From positions 1-64,000 of IMG/VR virus record IMGVR_UViG_2874444136_000005: a stretch of 64,000 nucleotides of DNA; one strand, written 5' to 3'. The position numbers and the translations under genes were made by a program. Shown piece by piece: positions 9,501 to 18,823 of the stretch (the stretch's first letter is position 1; every line of letters starts with the position of its first letter). This DNA is from a virus. Lineage: Duplodnaviria > Caudoviricetes. The notes under the pieces are model-generated. The model did not search any database, was not told the DNA's origin, and saw nothing but the letters and a program-made list of their open reading frames with translations.

Positions 9501-11278
9501 TATTCCAGCCTTATCGAGCATCCGCTCAGTGTTACAGGTGATTTGGTCACAACCCTAATCTTGAAGCCGATATTCTTTCTGATGCGTCCGATTCTTCGCC
9601 AGATGACTCGCTTGTCGTAGATGAATGGGGCATTGCTGCCAACCATTTGCTCTCTGCCGTAATTTATCCCGTCGGCAGTCGCGGATATGAATAACCTCTC
9701 CGCGACTTGAGAAACGCCAGTTGACGCTTCCAGCTCAAAATCAAAAACTCTCGCGCCATCAGACTTAAACATGGGGGTGTAAAGCAAGTGCTCTGCTTGT
9801 GAACCATATTGCGATGAGGCGTCAAAAATAAGCCTCCCAGTTATTGCAGATATTTTGTCACCAACAGTTATCTCGTTACCTTCGAACATATAATCGATGG
9901 AACGATGAACCATGTCAGACAGCCCTGTCTTTAGGATGCACCACTGAGCCCCATTCTGTGCGGCCGCTGCGTCATAGCACATAACGTGCCTTGGGAGATG
10001 GACGATTAAAAGCTCATGGCCATCGAATCTGGTTGCCTCTAGCACGCCCGTTGAAAGCTCGTCTGCTGTGTATCCGCGCAAAACCTTCTCAACGGTAGCT
10101 GACGCTATTGGAGATGCCTGGCCGTTACTAACCATGTAAATTGATGGCGCTCCGGTAGCCTGGCTACTGATGAATGCAAATGAATCGCCAAACTCAGTCT
10201 TGCAATATGTCCCGGCGATCCCCTTGTTAACCATGAGTGAAGGCTGAGCAATGTAGATTGCTGCCGTTGTCTCGGCCGAGCCGGTAAGGGAAAAGAACTC
10301 GATGGTTGATGAGCCGAACATAACGACAAAGTCACGCCAGACCCCGCACCCTATGATTCCATCAGGCTGGCTTTCAGCGGTGTAAAATGGCCTAAATCTG
10401 TCTGGGTGCGATTCGTCCTCGAGATCGGTAACGCCAAATGTCTGCGTCCCATCCTTAACCCAGATATATCGACCTCGCGCCCGGCATGCATCACGAACGC
10501 TGCCGATATCGTATTGTGGGTATTTTGTGACTATCTCACCAATTTCCTGAGTTACAACAAACTCACTTGCGTTTGTCCCTGTTACACCAGATGGAATATT
10601 GAGTGTGTATTCAATAGTGACATCTGTCCCTGCATTCGGTACGCCAGTAACCTTTAGATTGGTGATATATGGCGCGGTAGTTGATACAGGCTGAGACTGG
10701 TCTGCTGACCACATATCCTCGGTGATTTGCATCAGAGTTCCCGAGATGCCGGTAGAGGTCTTTGGTGTAACTTTTATCAGGAATGTCCCAACTGCGTTTT
10801 CTGCAGTGACGCTAAATTTGTTATTTGCCGCTGTTCCGCTTGTTGATACCCAGTCTTTAACGGGGTTGCTTTTAGGTGGAGTAATAACCTCTTCAGGCCA
10901 ATTCTGAAGCGTTTTAACTGTTCCGTCATAGCGATACATGGTTAATACGCCATTCGCCGCTACAGCCTGGCTTGCGGAGCTATGAGCCATGCTAACCCGT
11001 GAGCTACCAGTTACATTCCCTACTTCTACGCCAGCTTTGTAAAGACGCTCACCAGCGACTCGATAAACGCTGCTGTTGACCGTATTGAATTCGGCTCCGC
11101 GAGATACTCCAGCAACGTCTGAGCGCTTTTCTAAGCCGGGGAAAGATCTAAGGTATCCAGATGCATTCAAAACTTCTTTCGGCGTCGCCAGCATGTTCAC
11201 AGGCAGTAAATCGACGTAATCAGCATTGCGGTAGTCTTTGCCAAGGCCTTTGGCTAATGGAAGCTGTTGGATTGGCAT
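9500..11278 (-). CDS. Tail hub / DNA stabilisation protein (gp10-like) with an inserted domain
   Basis: MPIQQLPLAKGLGKDYRNADYVDLLPVNMLATPKE; ends SPVTLSGCSIRLE. Confidence 0.9.
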   Translation of the reverse strand: MPIQQLPLAKGLGKDYRNADYVDLLPVNMLATPKEVLNASGYLRSFPGLEKRSDVAGVSRGAEFNTVNSSVYRVAGERLYKAGVEVGNVTGSSRVSMAHSSASQAVAANGVLTMYRYDGTVKTLQNWPEEVITPPKSNPVKDWVSTSGTAANNKFSVTAENAVGTFLIKVTPKTSTGISGTLMQITEDMWSADQSQPVSTTAPYITNLKVTGVPNAGTDVTIEYTLNIPSGVTGTNASEFVVTQEIGEIVTKYPQYDIGSVRDACRARGRYIWVKDGTQTFGVTDLEDESHPDRFRPFYTAESQPDGIIGCGVWRDFVVMFGSSTIEFFSLTGSAETTAAIYIAQPSLMVNKGIAGTYCKTEFGDSFAFISSQATGAPSIYMVSNGQASPIASATVEKVLRGYTADELSTGVLEATRFDGHELLIVHLPRHVMCYDAAAAQNGAQWCILKTGLSDMVHRSIDYMFEGNEITVGDKISAITGRLIFDASSQYGSQAEHLLYTPMFKSDGARVFDFELEASTGVSQVAERLFISATADGINYGREQMVGSNAPFIYDKRVIWRRIGRIRKNIGFKIRVVTKSPVTLSGCSIRLE

Positions 11279-11288
11279 GAGTCACCTA

Positions 11289-11768
11289 CTAATTGGGAAT
11301 GTCGCCGTCAATCGGCGGAAGATCGCCAGGGTAATACCTGTCGATGGTAAACACGTCGTATTTATTGCCCTGCCCAAGCGGGAAATCCCCACGACGACGC
11401 ATTGATGGAACAACAAGCGTATCAGTCAGCAGCGCATCGTACGAACGCTGGGCATTGGTCAGAACTTGAAGCGATGGCTCTACACCATAATCAGACAGCA
11501 TGCGAAGGATTAGCTGATAGCCAACTGCATGCTTATATTTGCGCGGCAGTCCAGAGTCATCGTCTGGTAACGGCTCCTCGCCATCCGCCGCGAACAAATA
11601 ACCGACGTTACCAGGATTAATCATCCATTCAGCCATCATGTCTTCGAGGTCATGAATGGCATCCTCGACTGATTGAGGCTCCACATCAGTTAGAGTTGCG
11701 TTTGAAGCTACTGCGGGTTTTCTGAGAGCGAATAAGACGATCTCACCCTTTGTCAGAGTCGTTGCCAT
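11289..11768 (-). CDS. Head-tail adaptor (gp4-like)
   Basis: LTKGEIVLFALRKPAVASNATLTDVEPQS. Confidence 0.9.
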   Translation of the reverse strand: MATTLTKGEIVLFALRKPAVASNATLTDVEPQSVEDAIHDLEDMMAEWMINPGNVGYLFAADGEEPLPDDDSGLPRKYKHAVGYQLILRMLSDYGVEPSLQVLTNAQRSYDALLTDTLVVPSMRRRGDFPLGQGNKYDVFTIDRYYPGDLPPIDGDIPN

Positions 11769-11928
11769 TGTCAGCCGCCTTGCGCCCACGTTTAACAACC
11801 GGCTTGATGTCGTCAACGGAAGCCACAAAGCCGAGCTTTTCGTAAATTGGGAAGTCTTTCTCTGCGATTACAGCCTGAACATGGCCAGCTTCGTTATCGG
11901 CAGCCATAAAGATGCTCATGCGATCCAT
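11743..11928 (-). CDS. Small conserved protein between coat and gp4
   Basis: 61 aa with GGAGG RBS; syntenic with P22-like phages. Confidence 0.65.
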   Translation of the reverse strand: MDRMSIFMAADNEAGHVQAVIAEKDFPIYEKLGFVASVDDIKPVVKRGRKAADNGNDSDKG

Positions 11929-11936
11929 TTCGCCTC

Positions 11937-11965
11937 CAAAAAATAAAGGGGCCGAAGCCCCTCTT
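11937..11965 (-). terminator. Intrinsic terminator after the coat gene
   Basis: AGGGGC-TTCG-GCCCCT hairpin followed by TTATTTTTT on - strand. Confidence 0.8.
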
Positions 11966-11967
11966 GA

Positions 11968-13242
11968 TTACGGATTGCCGAAGAACTGGCCGCCCATGTG
12001 TGGGTTGAAGCACACGTAGGCTGGCAGCAGGTCGAAACGCATTTTCTGCACGTTGGCGTCGCCGTCCGAGTATTTGTGTACTCGGATAGAGAAGCCTTCG
12101 TAAGTTGCTACTGCAGAGTCGATGCTGTTCAGTTTTGGCAGAGGAATGGTGCCCAGGCCGCAGAAGAACTTGTTGTAGAACAGGTTCGGCTTCATGGTCT
12201 GGCTTGCGGTACCGATTACAGTCACCGAGTCACCCGCTGCAACCTGACGGCTTACTGCGTTGTACTGTGAGTTGGTGGTGTCGTAAATCGGAACGCCGGA
12301 CAGCGTAACTGTAACCGCGCCGCCTGCGGTGGAGTTTGCATCGGCCAGAACGGTTGCAGTGAAGCTGATAGGTGCAGAGCCGTTATAAAGCACTTGCTTG
12401 CTCTGCTGCTGCAGCCAGTAGGTGTTAGTGAACTTAATCTGGTCGCCAGCTTTCAGGAAGCCGGTTACAGATGCGGTTGCGCCGGTCAATGTCACCTGGA
12501 ACTGGTAGGTGTCTTTCACCGCGTTATAGGTCACGGTCGGAGCGGTTTGCACTGTCAGCGTGCCACCGAATGCACCTTGCGTGCGGGATGCCAGGCCATT
12601 AGACATCAGCGCGCGAATTCCGCCGAAGTTAGTGGAGATCTGCGCGTTTTCCCAGGCCGTACGAACCAATTGGTCGGCAGCGTGCAGACCAGATTGCGCG
12701 TCGGCCAGGCGCTGTGCAGACCACGGATCCATTACCGCATAGTTCTCACCCTCAACCACACCCAAATCCTTCAGGAATGATGCGGTTTGAGCCACATCAG
12801 ACCATTTGTTGATCGGGGTGTTGGGGCTGCCCAGAGCCAGTGCGCCGTTGTTCATCATGAACTTGGCCAGCTCAGTCTCCAGGTCAGTTACGATGCGCTG
12901 GCGAACCGGAGCCAGGATTTCTTCCAGCTGGTTCAGCTTGATAGCTTCTTCCAGTTGCTGATACTCGACGGCAACAGTGATGTAGTTGCCGACGCGGCCA
13001 GTTGCTTTGCCGGAGATCAGGTTGTTCTTCGATTGACCGGAAATGTCACCGGTAGGAGTGCGCAGCGATGAGAACTGATGGGGACGTTTGAAGCTTACGC
13101 TGTCGCCGGTATTGGAGTTGATTTCTCCAGCCAGCAATTGACGGTCTACGGTTTTTGCCAATACCAGGTCGGACATGAAACCAGGCAGGAATTTTTTCAG
13201 GACGATTTGACTGACGTTACTGTTTAAATCATTGGTAGCCAT
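11968..13242 (-). CDS. Major capsid (coat) protein, Sf6-type
   Basis: NVSQIVLKKFLPGFMSDLVLAKTVDRQLLAGEIN; ends NPHMGGQFFGNP. Confidence 0.95.
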   Translation of the reverse strand: MATNDLNSNVSQIVLKKFLPGFMSDLVLAKTVDRQLLAGEINSNTGDSVSFKRPHQFSSLRTPTGDISGQSKNNLISGKATGRVGNYITVAVEYQQLEEAIKLNQLEEILAPVRQRIVTDLETELAKFMMNNGALALGSPNTPINKWSDVAQTASFLKDLGVVEGENYAVMDPWSAQRLADAQSGLHAADQLVRTAWENAQISTNFGGIRALMSNGLASRTQGAFGGTLTVQTAPTVTYNAVKDTYQFQVTLTGATASVTGFLKAGDQIKFTNTYWLQQQSKQVLYNGSAPISFTATVLADANSTAGGAVTVTLSGVPIYDTTNSQYNAVSRQVAAGDSVTVIGTASQTMKPNLFYNKFFCGLGTIPLPKLNSIDSAVATYEGFSIRVHKYSDGDANVQKMRFDLLPAYVCFNPHMGGQFFGNP

Positions 13243-13253
13243 TTAGCTGTTCC

Positions 13254-14141
13254 TTATTCGATTTTAGCGCCGGGGCAGAGTTTGTTGAAATCATCTTGTT
13301 TCGCATCAGCGCCGCCACCACGAACCTCCGGCTCTGGCTTGATGGCTTTCTTAGGCTTCGGTGCCAACTTCACTTGCTGGCTAATCTGGCCTAAGAGGAA
13401 TGCTGCGCGAATTGGGTCTGTCTCAGCGGCTACACGCTGGCGTAGTTGTTGGTTCTTGCCCAATGCATAAGCAACGAGCTCAGAACCTTCGTCGGCGGCA
13501 TGAATCAGGATTTCCTGTTGAATAACCGGAATCTCCTGGCGAACGATATCTTCCATCTCGCGATAGTCTTTCACCGGAAGCTTTGCTGCTCGCTCCTGAT
13601 GCTTCGTAAGGCGCTCTGTTAGTCGTTGCTGCAATTCCTGCTGCTGACGTTGCTGCTGTTGTTTAACCTGCTCAGCACGGCCTTTCTTCTCATGCCAATC
13701 AGTCATCGCCTGCTCAAACGCTTCTTCGTCGTACTCGCACGACTCAAGGGTCGGCTTTGGAGGAATAACGTCTGATTGTGGTTGCTGCGCCTCTGCTGGC
13801 TTGGATTGAATCTGCTCAAGCTGGCGGCGTAGCTCCCGATTTTCTTTCTGTGTTTCTTTAAAGCCCTTGCGAAGCTCCTTCACCCATTGAGGCGCTGGTT
13901 GCCCATCAATGTGATCGTCTTCTTCATGGTTGAGGCTAATTTCCTCATCACCGATTTGCAGTGAGTAATCATCTGGCTGCTCTTCGGGCTGCTCACTTTC
14001 GGCCTTTTTCTCTTTCTGCTCTGGTTCTTCCTGTGATTTCTCCTCAGGATTTCCCTTTGCTTCAGTGATTACTTCTTCGGCTTCTTCCTGTTTTTCAGAC
14101 CGGTCAATAACCTGACCGTCGATGATCAGTTCGCTTTCCAT
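13254..14141 (-). CDS. Scaffolding protein
   Basis: MESELIIDGQVID; acidic coiled coil; ends FNKLCPGAKIE; between portal and coat. Confidence 0.9.
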   Translation of the reverse strand: MESELIIDGQVIDRSEKQEEAEEVITEAKGNPEEKSQEEPEQKEKKAESEQPEEQPDDYSLQIGDEEISLNHEEDDHIDGQPAPQWVKELRKGFKETQKENRELRRQLEQIQSKPAEAQQPQSDVIPPKPTLESCEYDEEAFEQAMTDWHEKKGRAEQVKQQQQRQQQELQQRLTERLTKHQERAAKLPVKDYREMEDIVRQEIPVIQQEILIHAADEGSELVAYALGKNQQLRQRVAAETDPIRAAFLLGQISQQVKLAPKPKKAIKPEPEVRGGGADAKQDDFNKLCPGAKIE

Positions 14142-14154
14142 TGATTACTCCTGG

Positions 14155-14499
14155 TTAACTCGGCATTGAGTCTGCCGGTGACTGTGGTGATGTGGGGATT
14201 CGTTCTTGCTGGGATTTAAGAAGGTCGTTCAGGAGCTGAATTGCATCCATAACCCCTTTCTTGTTGATGTTCTGTGCCTGAGAAAGCTTGTAGACAACGT
14301 TAGCCTGACTTTCCTGAGCATCCTGCTGAGCTGTGAACGCCTTAATGACGGTTTCACGCGTCGCGTTATCAGCCTTCTTGTTCTCTGCCTCGGCCGCAAC
14401 CATTTGAGCCTGTGCCAGAACCATTTCAGGGTTAGGCTGACTCTGAGCTGCCATCTGCGCCTGCTGGACGATCTGCTGCTCTTCCTGATTTCGCGGCTT
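14155..14499 (-). pseudogene. 3' fragment of the interrupted portal gene (helical barrel region)
   Basis: Reads KPRNQEEQQIVQQAQMAAQSQPNPEM...SPADSMPS, in frame with GIAK at the 50591 junction. Confidence 0.95.
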
Positions 14500-14590
14500 T
14501 GTAGCGCGGCGAAAAATTTCGGACTGTTTAGCGTTTAGTCCTGGACTTCGGAATCGCGCAAAATTTCAGGGTTTTGGACAGTCCAGAATA
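14500..14590. repeat. Right end of the Mu-like phage; putative transposase sites
   Basis: GGACTGT (14521), AGTCCTGGACT (14537), TTTTGGACAGTCCAGAA (14572). Confidence 0.65.
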
Positions 14591-14614
14591 CACCGCAACG
14601 GCATAAAACGGGCA

Positions 14615-14641
14615 TAAAAAAGCCCGCCAAAAAGGCGGGCT
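14615..14641 (-). terminator. Intrinsic terminator at the Mu-like right end
   Basis: AGCCCGCC-TTTTT-GGCGGGCT-TTTTT on - strand. Confidence 0.8.
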
Positions 14642-14720
14642 GTTGTCCCCTGGTGAGGCTCAAAAATCATTGCCTGTTCATGATGCCCTTTTGACCGGAG
14701 ATTAGATAAACGTTTGTACA

Positions 14721-14755
14721 GATCAATAATCATTTATTGATCGTCACAGCCGATC
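14721..14755. promoter_or_regulatory. Three-GATC cluster, candidate Dam/OxyR site
   Basis: GATC at 14721, 14739 and 14752; palindrome GATCAATAA-TCAT-TTATTGATC. Confidence 0.45.
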
Positions 14756-14756
14756 G

Positions 14757-15665
14757 TCACATACCAAAACGAGACGCTAAAACGGCATCCGGTTCTGATG
14801 CCGTATGCAGGAACAACATATCAAGCAGCGAGCCATAGCATGGAGATACGGTGCCGGATGCCATACCGCCACCAACAACGATCGGCGCAGTATAGTTCAC
14901 CAGGTCTGCCAACTTGCCCGTGGTGGCCGTAGCCGTCTTGTCCAGCTTCCCGCGTGTATACCCGTAAACAACCCCCTCATCGACTTTGAACAGGCCTGCA
15001 GCAGGCACATAATCCGCATACGTCGTTGCTGCCGCACCAACAGCCCCACCGGCAACAGGCCCCGTCCAGGCACTGTCACGGGTGCCAAAACGCCAGGCCT
15101 CCGTGATAGCCTGCTGGTTTGTTATCATCGTGCGCATGTACGCCAGCGGCAGGTTTGATAACGAGATGCCGATAGTCATCCCGAGCACATCGGCATTGCT
15201 CGCGTCACTGAGCCGACCGGCAATCATATAGCTGCGGCCAATCTGAACACGGACATTCTCGCGTGTGCGCAGATAGGTGCCGCCGCTGGAGGTGATCCGT
15301 ACCGTGGCCGTCTTATTCGTTGAGTCATACCGAACGGCATTACCGGTTCCCTGGGCAACCGGAATCAGGTCGGTGCTTTCGCCCAGCAGGCTGTAAACGG
15401 TCAGAACATCGTTGCCATCTGTGCCGCCCAGTTTGACGCCAAAGGCGGGAGCGGCACACATCACGGCATTCTCATACATGCCGTTATTGACCAAAAACTC
15501 AAAGCGTTCCTTGCAGCCCGCCGCATTCGGAATAATGCCACCATCGGCCTGCACGCGGGCTTTGTAGGCATTAAATAACGCGGTGGCATCAAGAATGTCC
15601 GCCGACAAATCGAGAGGCTCCCGAAAGCCTGCATAAACTTTACCGGTGTTGAGAGCGATAGCCAT
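14757..15665 (-). CDS. Fibre-associated protein (beta-rich, possibly lectin-like)
   Basis: AGGAG RBS; directly follows the spike gene; YKARVQADGG N-terminal motif; Thr/Gly/Val-rich. Confidence 0.5.
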   Translation of the reverse strand: MAIALNTGKVYAGFREPLDLSADILDATALFNAYKARVQADGGIIPNAAGCKERFEFLVNNGMYENAVMCAAPAFGVKLGGTDGNDVLTVYSLLGESTDLIPVAQGTGNAVRYDSTNKTATVRITSSGGTYLRTRENVRVQIGRSYMIAGRLSDASNADVLGMTIGISLSNLPLAYMRTMITNQQAITEAWRFGTRDSAWTGPVAGGAVGAAATTYADYVPAAGLFKVDEGVVYGYTRGKLDKTATATTGKLADLVNYTAPIVVGGGMASGTVSPCYGSLLDMLFLHTASEPDAVLASRFGM

Positions 15666-15667
15666 AA

Positions 15668-18010
15668 TTACTCCTGGGTTAGCGGGATGCGGTCGAGGCA
15701 CATCCAGTTGTAGAGGGGGAATGGTGAACCGTTGCGCGTCACCCACCGCGACACGCGCGGCGAGGAGTCACGGAAACAGGTCAACGGATAAACAGAGTCG
15801 TTTTCTGGTGAATGTTCTGCGGTGTTGGTGAACCCCATCAGCAGTGCATCCGTTGCCGCCGGTGCCTGGTCAAATACGACACGAATGATATTGCCATCGA
15901 CGATAGTGATGCTTTGCACGGTGGCTGAGTTATTTTCGAGGCTAATCCCTTTATTCAGGCAGTCGGCAATAAAGTCAGCGTCGATAACAATCGGCGCAAA
16001 CGGCACGTCACAAAGTAAATCAGCGATATTATCCGTCAGCGTGACGCTTTTAATTTTTAGCCCCGTCCAGGTGCCTTTACGCGCGGGGTCATATAAGTGC
16101 CAGAAGATGGCCTGCTCTTGATATTCGCCCTGCAGGACTTTCCCCCAGTTGTCCAGGTGACTCAGCGAGCCGTCCGAATACAACCAATTCAGCGGATATT
16201 TCGGGCCGTACATGATCGCGTTGGTCGGGTTATTTTTAACGAACTGGAGCTGGTCAACCGCGACCACAGAGAACGGCTTAACAACCACGCTTTCGCCCGT
16301 GGGGTTCCCTTGTTCATCGACGCCACCGGCTTTCGTGTTGATACGGCTGCCGACCTGGCCGATAACCGCAAGAATCTCGGTGGTTTGCCCTGTCAGCGCC
16401 TTGTAATCAGCACGGCGCAGCGCGTAATACGCCTCCATGCGCACCCGATAATCCCCGACATTTTGCGAAGTGCCGTTGTCGTTATCCGTCTCACCATGCT
16501 CCAGCGACACCACATCAACGCTGGCGGGTTTACCCAGCGCCTGGGCAATTTTCACATACCGTTCAACCATCGCCAGGCCGTTACTGTAAGGCACGGTGCC
16601 TTTCCAGATTTGCGCAAATGCCTTGCCGCCGCTGTTGGCGACCGCGCTAAACATGACCGGCAGATTCAAGCCGGCGTTTTCATGCGAATAGAGCAGCGCA
16701 TAGACAAACGGCAGCTGTTGCCCCTGGCGGTAAAGCGGGTAAACCAGATTGGCCAGCAAATCCAGCATGGCTTCGGTGATCGGCGTGTCCTGGCTGCCCT
16801 CGGGTTTGCCCCCGGCGATGGCCAGCGCATAGGCGCGCCATTTCGGGTCGTAGTTAACCTTGTTCCAGGTATTCGGATTCGGCCGGTTACCGGCATCACT
16901 CGGCACACCCAGTGACTGGCCATCACTGCATAAGATGAGCGCTTTCATTGCCTCCGGCGAGATTTCAGCGCCACCCCGGTAATACATCATCCCGTAACCT
17001 TTGGTGATTTGGCCGCCGGGGATGTAAGTCATCGACAGGCCGGTTGCCGACACCTGGTTTACGCTCAGAACGGGACGTTCATGCCACAGCAACGCATCAT
17101 TCCAGTACACGGCAGGCAAGCCCTGATACGGCGTAATACGTGCAGGTTGTTGACCCAGGTTATCCTGCAGCGCACCTTTGATGCCTGGAATATGCACGCC
17201 GCCATCGTCATCAATCGCAAACAGCGCAGACTTGAGGTCAGATGAAAAAATAACGAACTGGAACCCGTTAATCCGTCGTGCAAATGTCGATGAGCACAGC
17301 GCGGCCAGACGCTCTTGCAAAACGTCATCGATACCGAGCACGCGCACATCGCCATTATCATCAATCGAAACAATCCCTTTTTTCCCGGTCACATCCGTGA
17401 ACATTAATTGATAGCCCGGATAGCGATTCGCAATTGACGACGGGATTAACTGCTGTACATATTGCTGCAATTCCGCTTTCAACCCAGGAAGCCATAGCCC
17501 CATATCCCTGTCGAGTGCAAGTCCGGTAGATACCGGGCCTTCGGCGGTATTGACCGAAAAGGTATATTTAGTGGAAATGTATTTACGCAGCGGGGCCGTC
17601 AGTAGCGTTAATCGCGCAATAAGCGCGTTAGCCTCATCAAGGGACACGCTTAATTCATCAACGGCCTGGCTACTTGGCAAGCGAATGCCGGTTGGCGTTG
17701 CCACGCCATTGACATTTTCATAACGCTCAACCCAGTTATTATCAAACAACATCACGTTAAAATAACGGCGTGTTTCGCTACCACTATCGATGGCGGCCTG
17801 TGCCTCGGCAACAGAGATATAATCCCCTGTTGCCGATTGCAGGCGGTCATCAATCATGTCGGTGCGCTGTTTGAGGTAGGCAGTGCGGTTAGCCAGTTGT
17901 TGAGCCTGCCAGTTGTCAGGCCCGCCATCCCCGCCGAGCACGGGGGTGTCTAATTCTACCTGGTAAATACCGTCTACCCACTCAGGGCTTTCAGGTAACG
18001 TCTTCGGCAT
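15668..18010 (-). CDS. Tail fibre/spike with SGNH esterase-like domain
   Basis: Anchor motif WVDGIYQVELDTPVLGG..QQLANRTAYLK; SGNH-like blocks DGQSLG, NSGG, EHGETD, DGSLSHL. Confidence 0.75.
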   Translation of the reverse strand: MPKTLPESPEWVDGIYQVELDTPVLGGDGGPDNWQAQQLANRTAYLKQRTDMIDDRLQSATGDYISVAEAQAAIDSGSETRRYFNVMLFDNNWVERYENVNGVATPTGIRLPSSQAVDELSVSLDEANALIARLTLLTAPLRKYISTKYTFSVNTAEGPVSTGLALDRDMGLWLPGLKAELQQYVQQLIPSSIANRYPGYQLMFTDVTGKKGIVSIDDNGDVRVLGIDDVLQERLAALCSSTFARRINGFQFVIFSSDLKSALFAIDDDGGVHIPGIKGALQDNLGQQPARITPYQGLPAVYWNDALLWHERPVLSVNQVSATGLSMTYIPGGQITKGYGMMYYRGGAEISPEAMKALILCSDGQSLGVPSDAGNRPNPNTWNKVNYDPKWRAYALAIAGGKPEGSQDTPITEAMLDLLANLVYPLYRQGQQLPFVYALLYSHENAGLNLPVMFSAVANSGGKAFAQIWKGTVPYSNGLAMVERYVKIAQALGKPASVDVVSLEHGETDNDNGTSQNVGDYRVRMEAYYALRRADYKALTGQTTEILAVIGQVGSRINTKAGGVDEQGNPTGESVVVKPFSVVAVDQLQFVKNNPTNAIMYGPKYPLNWLYSDGSLSHLDNWGKVLQGEYQEQAIFWHLYDPARKGTWTGLKIKSVTLTDNIADLLCDVPFAPIVIDADFIADCLNKGISLENNSATVQSITIVDGNIIRVVFDQAPAATDALLMGFTNTAEHSPENDSVYPLTCFRDSSPRVSRWVTRNGSPFPLYNWMCLDRIPLTQE

Positions 18011-18011
18011 T

Positions 18012-18812
18012 TTAATTTCCCCCGTGGGTATAAAAACCATTGTGTAAAATGGTGCCGTTGTGGGTGATCCCATTTGTTTTTCTAAACTTAACAATTCGCC
18101 CCAACTGCCCTAAGTTTGGGTCAATCATTTTTGAGGCATCGAGCAACGTCGTGGCACTGGTTTCCAATGCTGCTAAATCTTGCTCGTTGTTGATTAAATC
18201 CATCTTTTCAACCGGGTCGAATTTAACGCGATATAATTCAACCAAAATATTTTCGTTTTCCTCGGCAAGGTTGATGCCCTCATAACGCAGACAAAACTCC
18301 GGCTCATCATCATTCAGTAATGGGATTGTGGCGTAACCGATATGAGCATAGTCGGCAATAACCGGTTGCTGGGCGGGGGTTTTGATAAAGCGAACAACCC
18401 CCCACAGCGGATCAATTAAATAGTCCACGCCAGCGACAAGCGAATGCAGGACAACGCTGAATACATTCTGATGGCGTAATGAAATGGTATCTCCCGCCTT
18501 AATGTCGGTAGGTAAAAGTTCGCCCGTCACAATTGCGGATGCCTGGTTAGACCCATTGGAAAGAAAGAGCAATTGCAAGTTTTCTGTCGAATACTCATGC
18601 CATGTTGATGTCACTTTGGCGCTTGCAGAGGTGATATAGCGCTGCGAGTCAATCAACCGACCACCCAGCGACATTTTGGTTTTCTTCTCATCAAACTCTA
18701 TTTCAATAGCCAGCGTCGAAACATCACCGACCCATCGCCACGATAAAGCCTGGCCCGCCGTATTCCGGCGAGCCAGGTAAAGTTTCCCTTGACCGTAATA
18801 AAAATCACTCAT
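18012..18812 (-). CDS. Paralogue of the major tail tube protein with HNG-repeat C-terminal extension
   Basis: Colinear with 27943-28689 (YYGQGK, RW.GDV, LRYEGINLAE, VELYRV, DLIN/SLIN, LET.AT.LLD). Confidence 0.85.
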   Translation of the reverse strand: MSDFYYGQGKLYLARRNTAGQALSWRWVGDVSTLAIEIEFDEKKTKMSLGGRLIDSQRYITSASAKVTSTWHEYSTENLQLLFLSNGSNQASAIVTGELLPTDIKAGDTISLRHQNVFSVVLHSLVAGVDYLIDPLWGVVRFIKTPAQQPVIADYAHIGYATIPLLNDDEPEFCLRYEGINLAEENENILVELYRVKFDPVEKMDLINNEQDLAALETSATTLLDASKMIDPNLGQLGRIVKFRKTNGITHNGTILHNGFYTHGGN

Positions 18813-18823
18813 TGGTTACCGCC

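Noticed and set aside
14155-14454. Independent 99-aa gene
   Set aside because: It is the in-frame portal C-terminus and has no clear RBS
14600-18812. Gin-type invertible fibre segment, mom/com, or a diversity-generating retroelement
   Set aside because: No invertase, flanking inverted repeats, Mom-like ORF, reverse transcriptase or template/variable repeat pair seen
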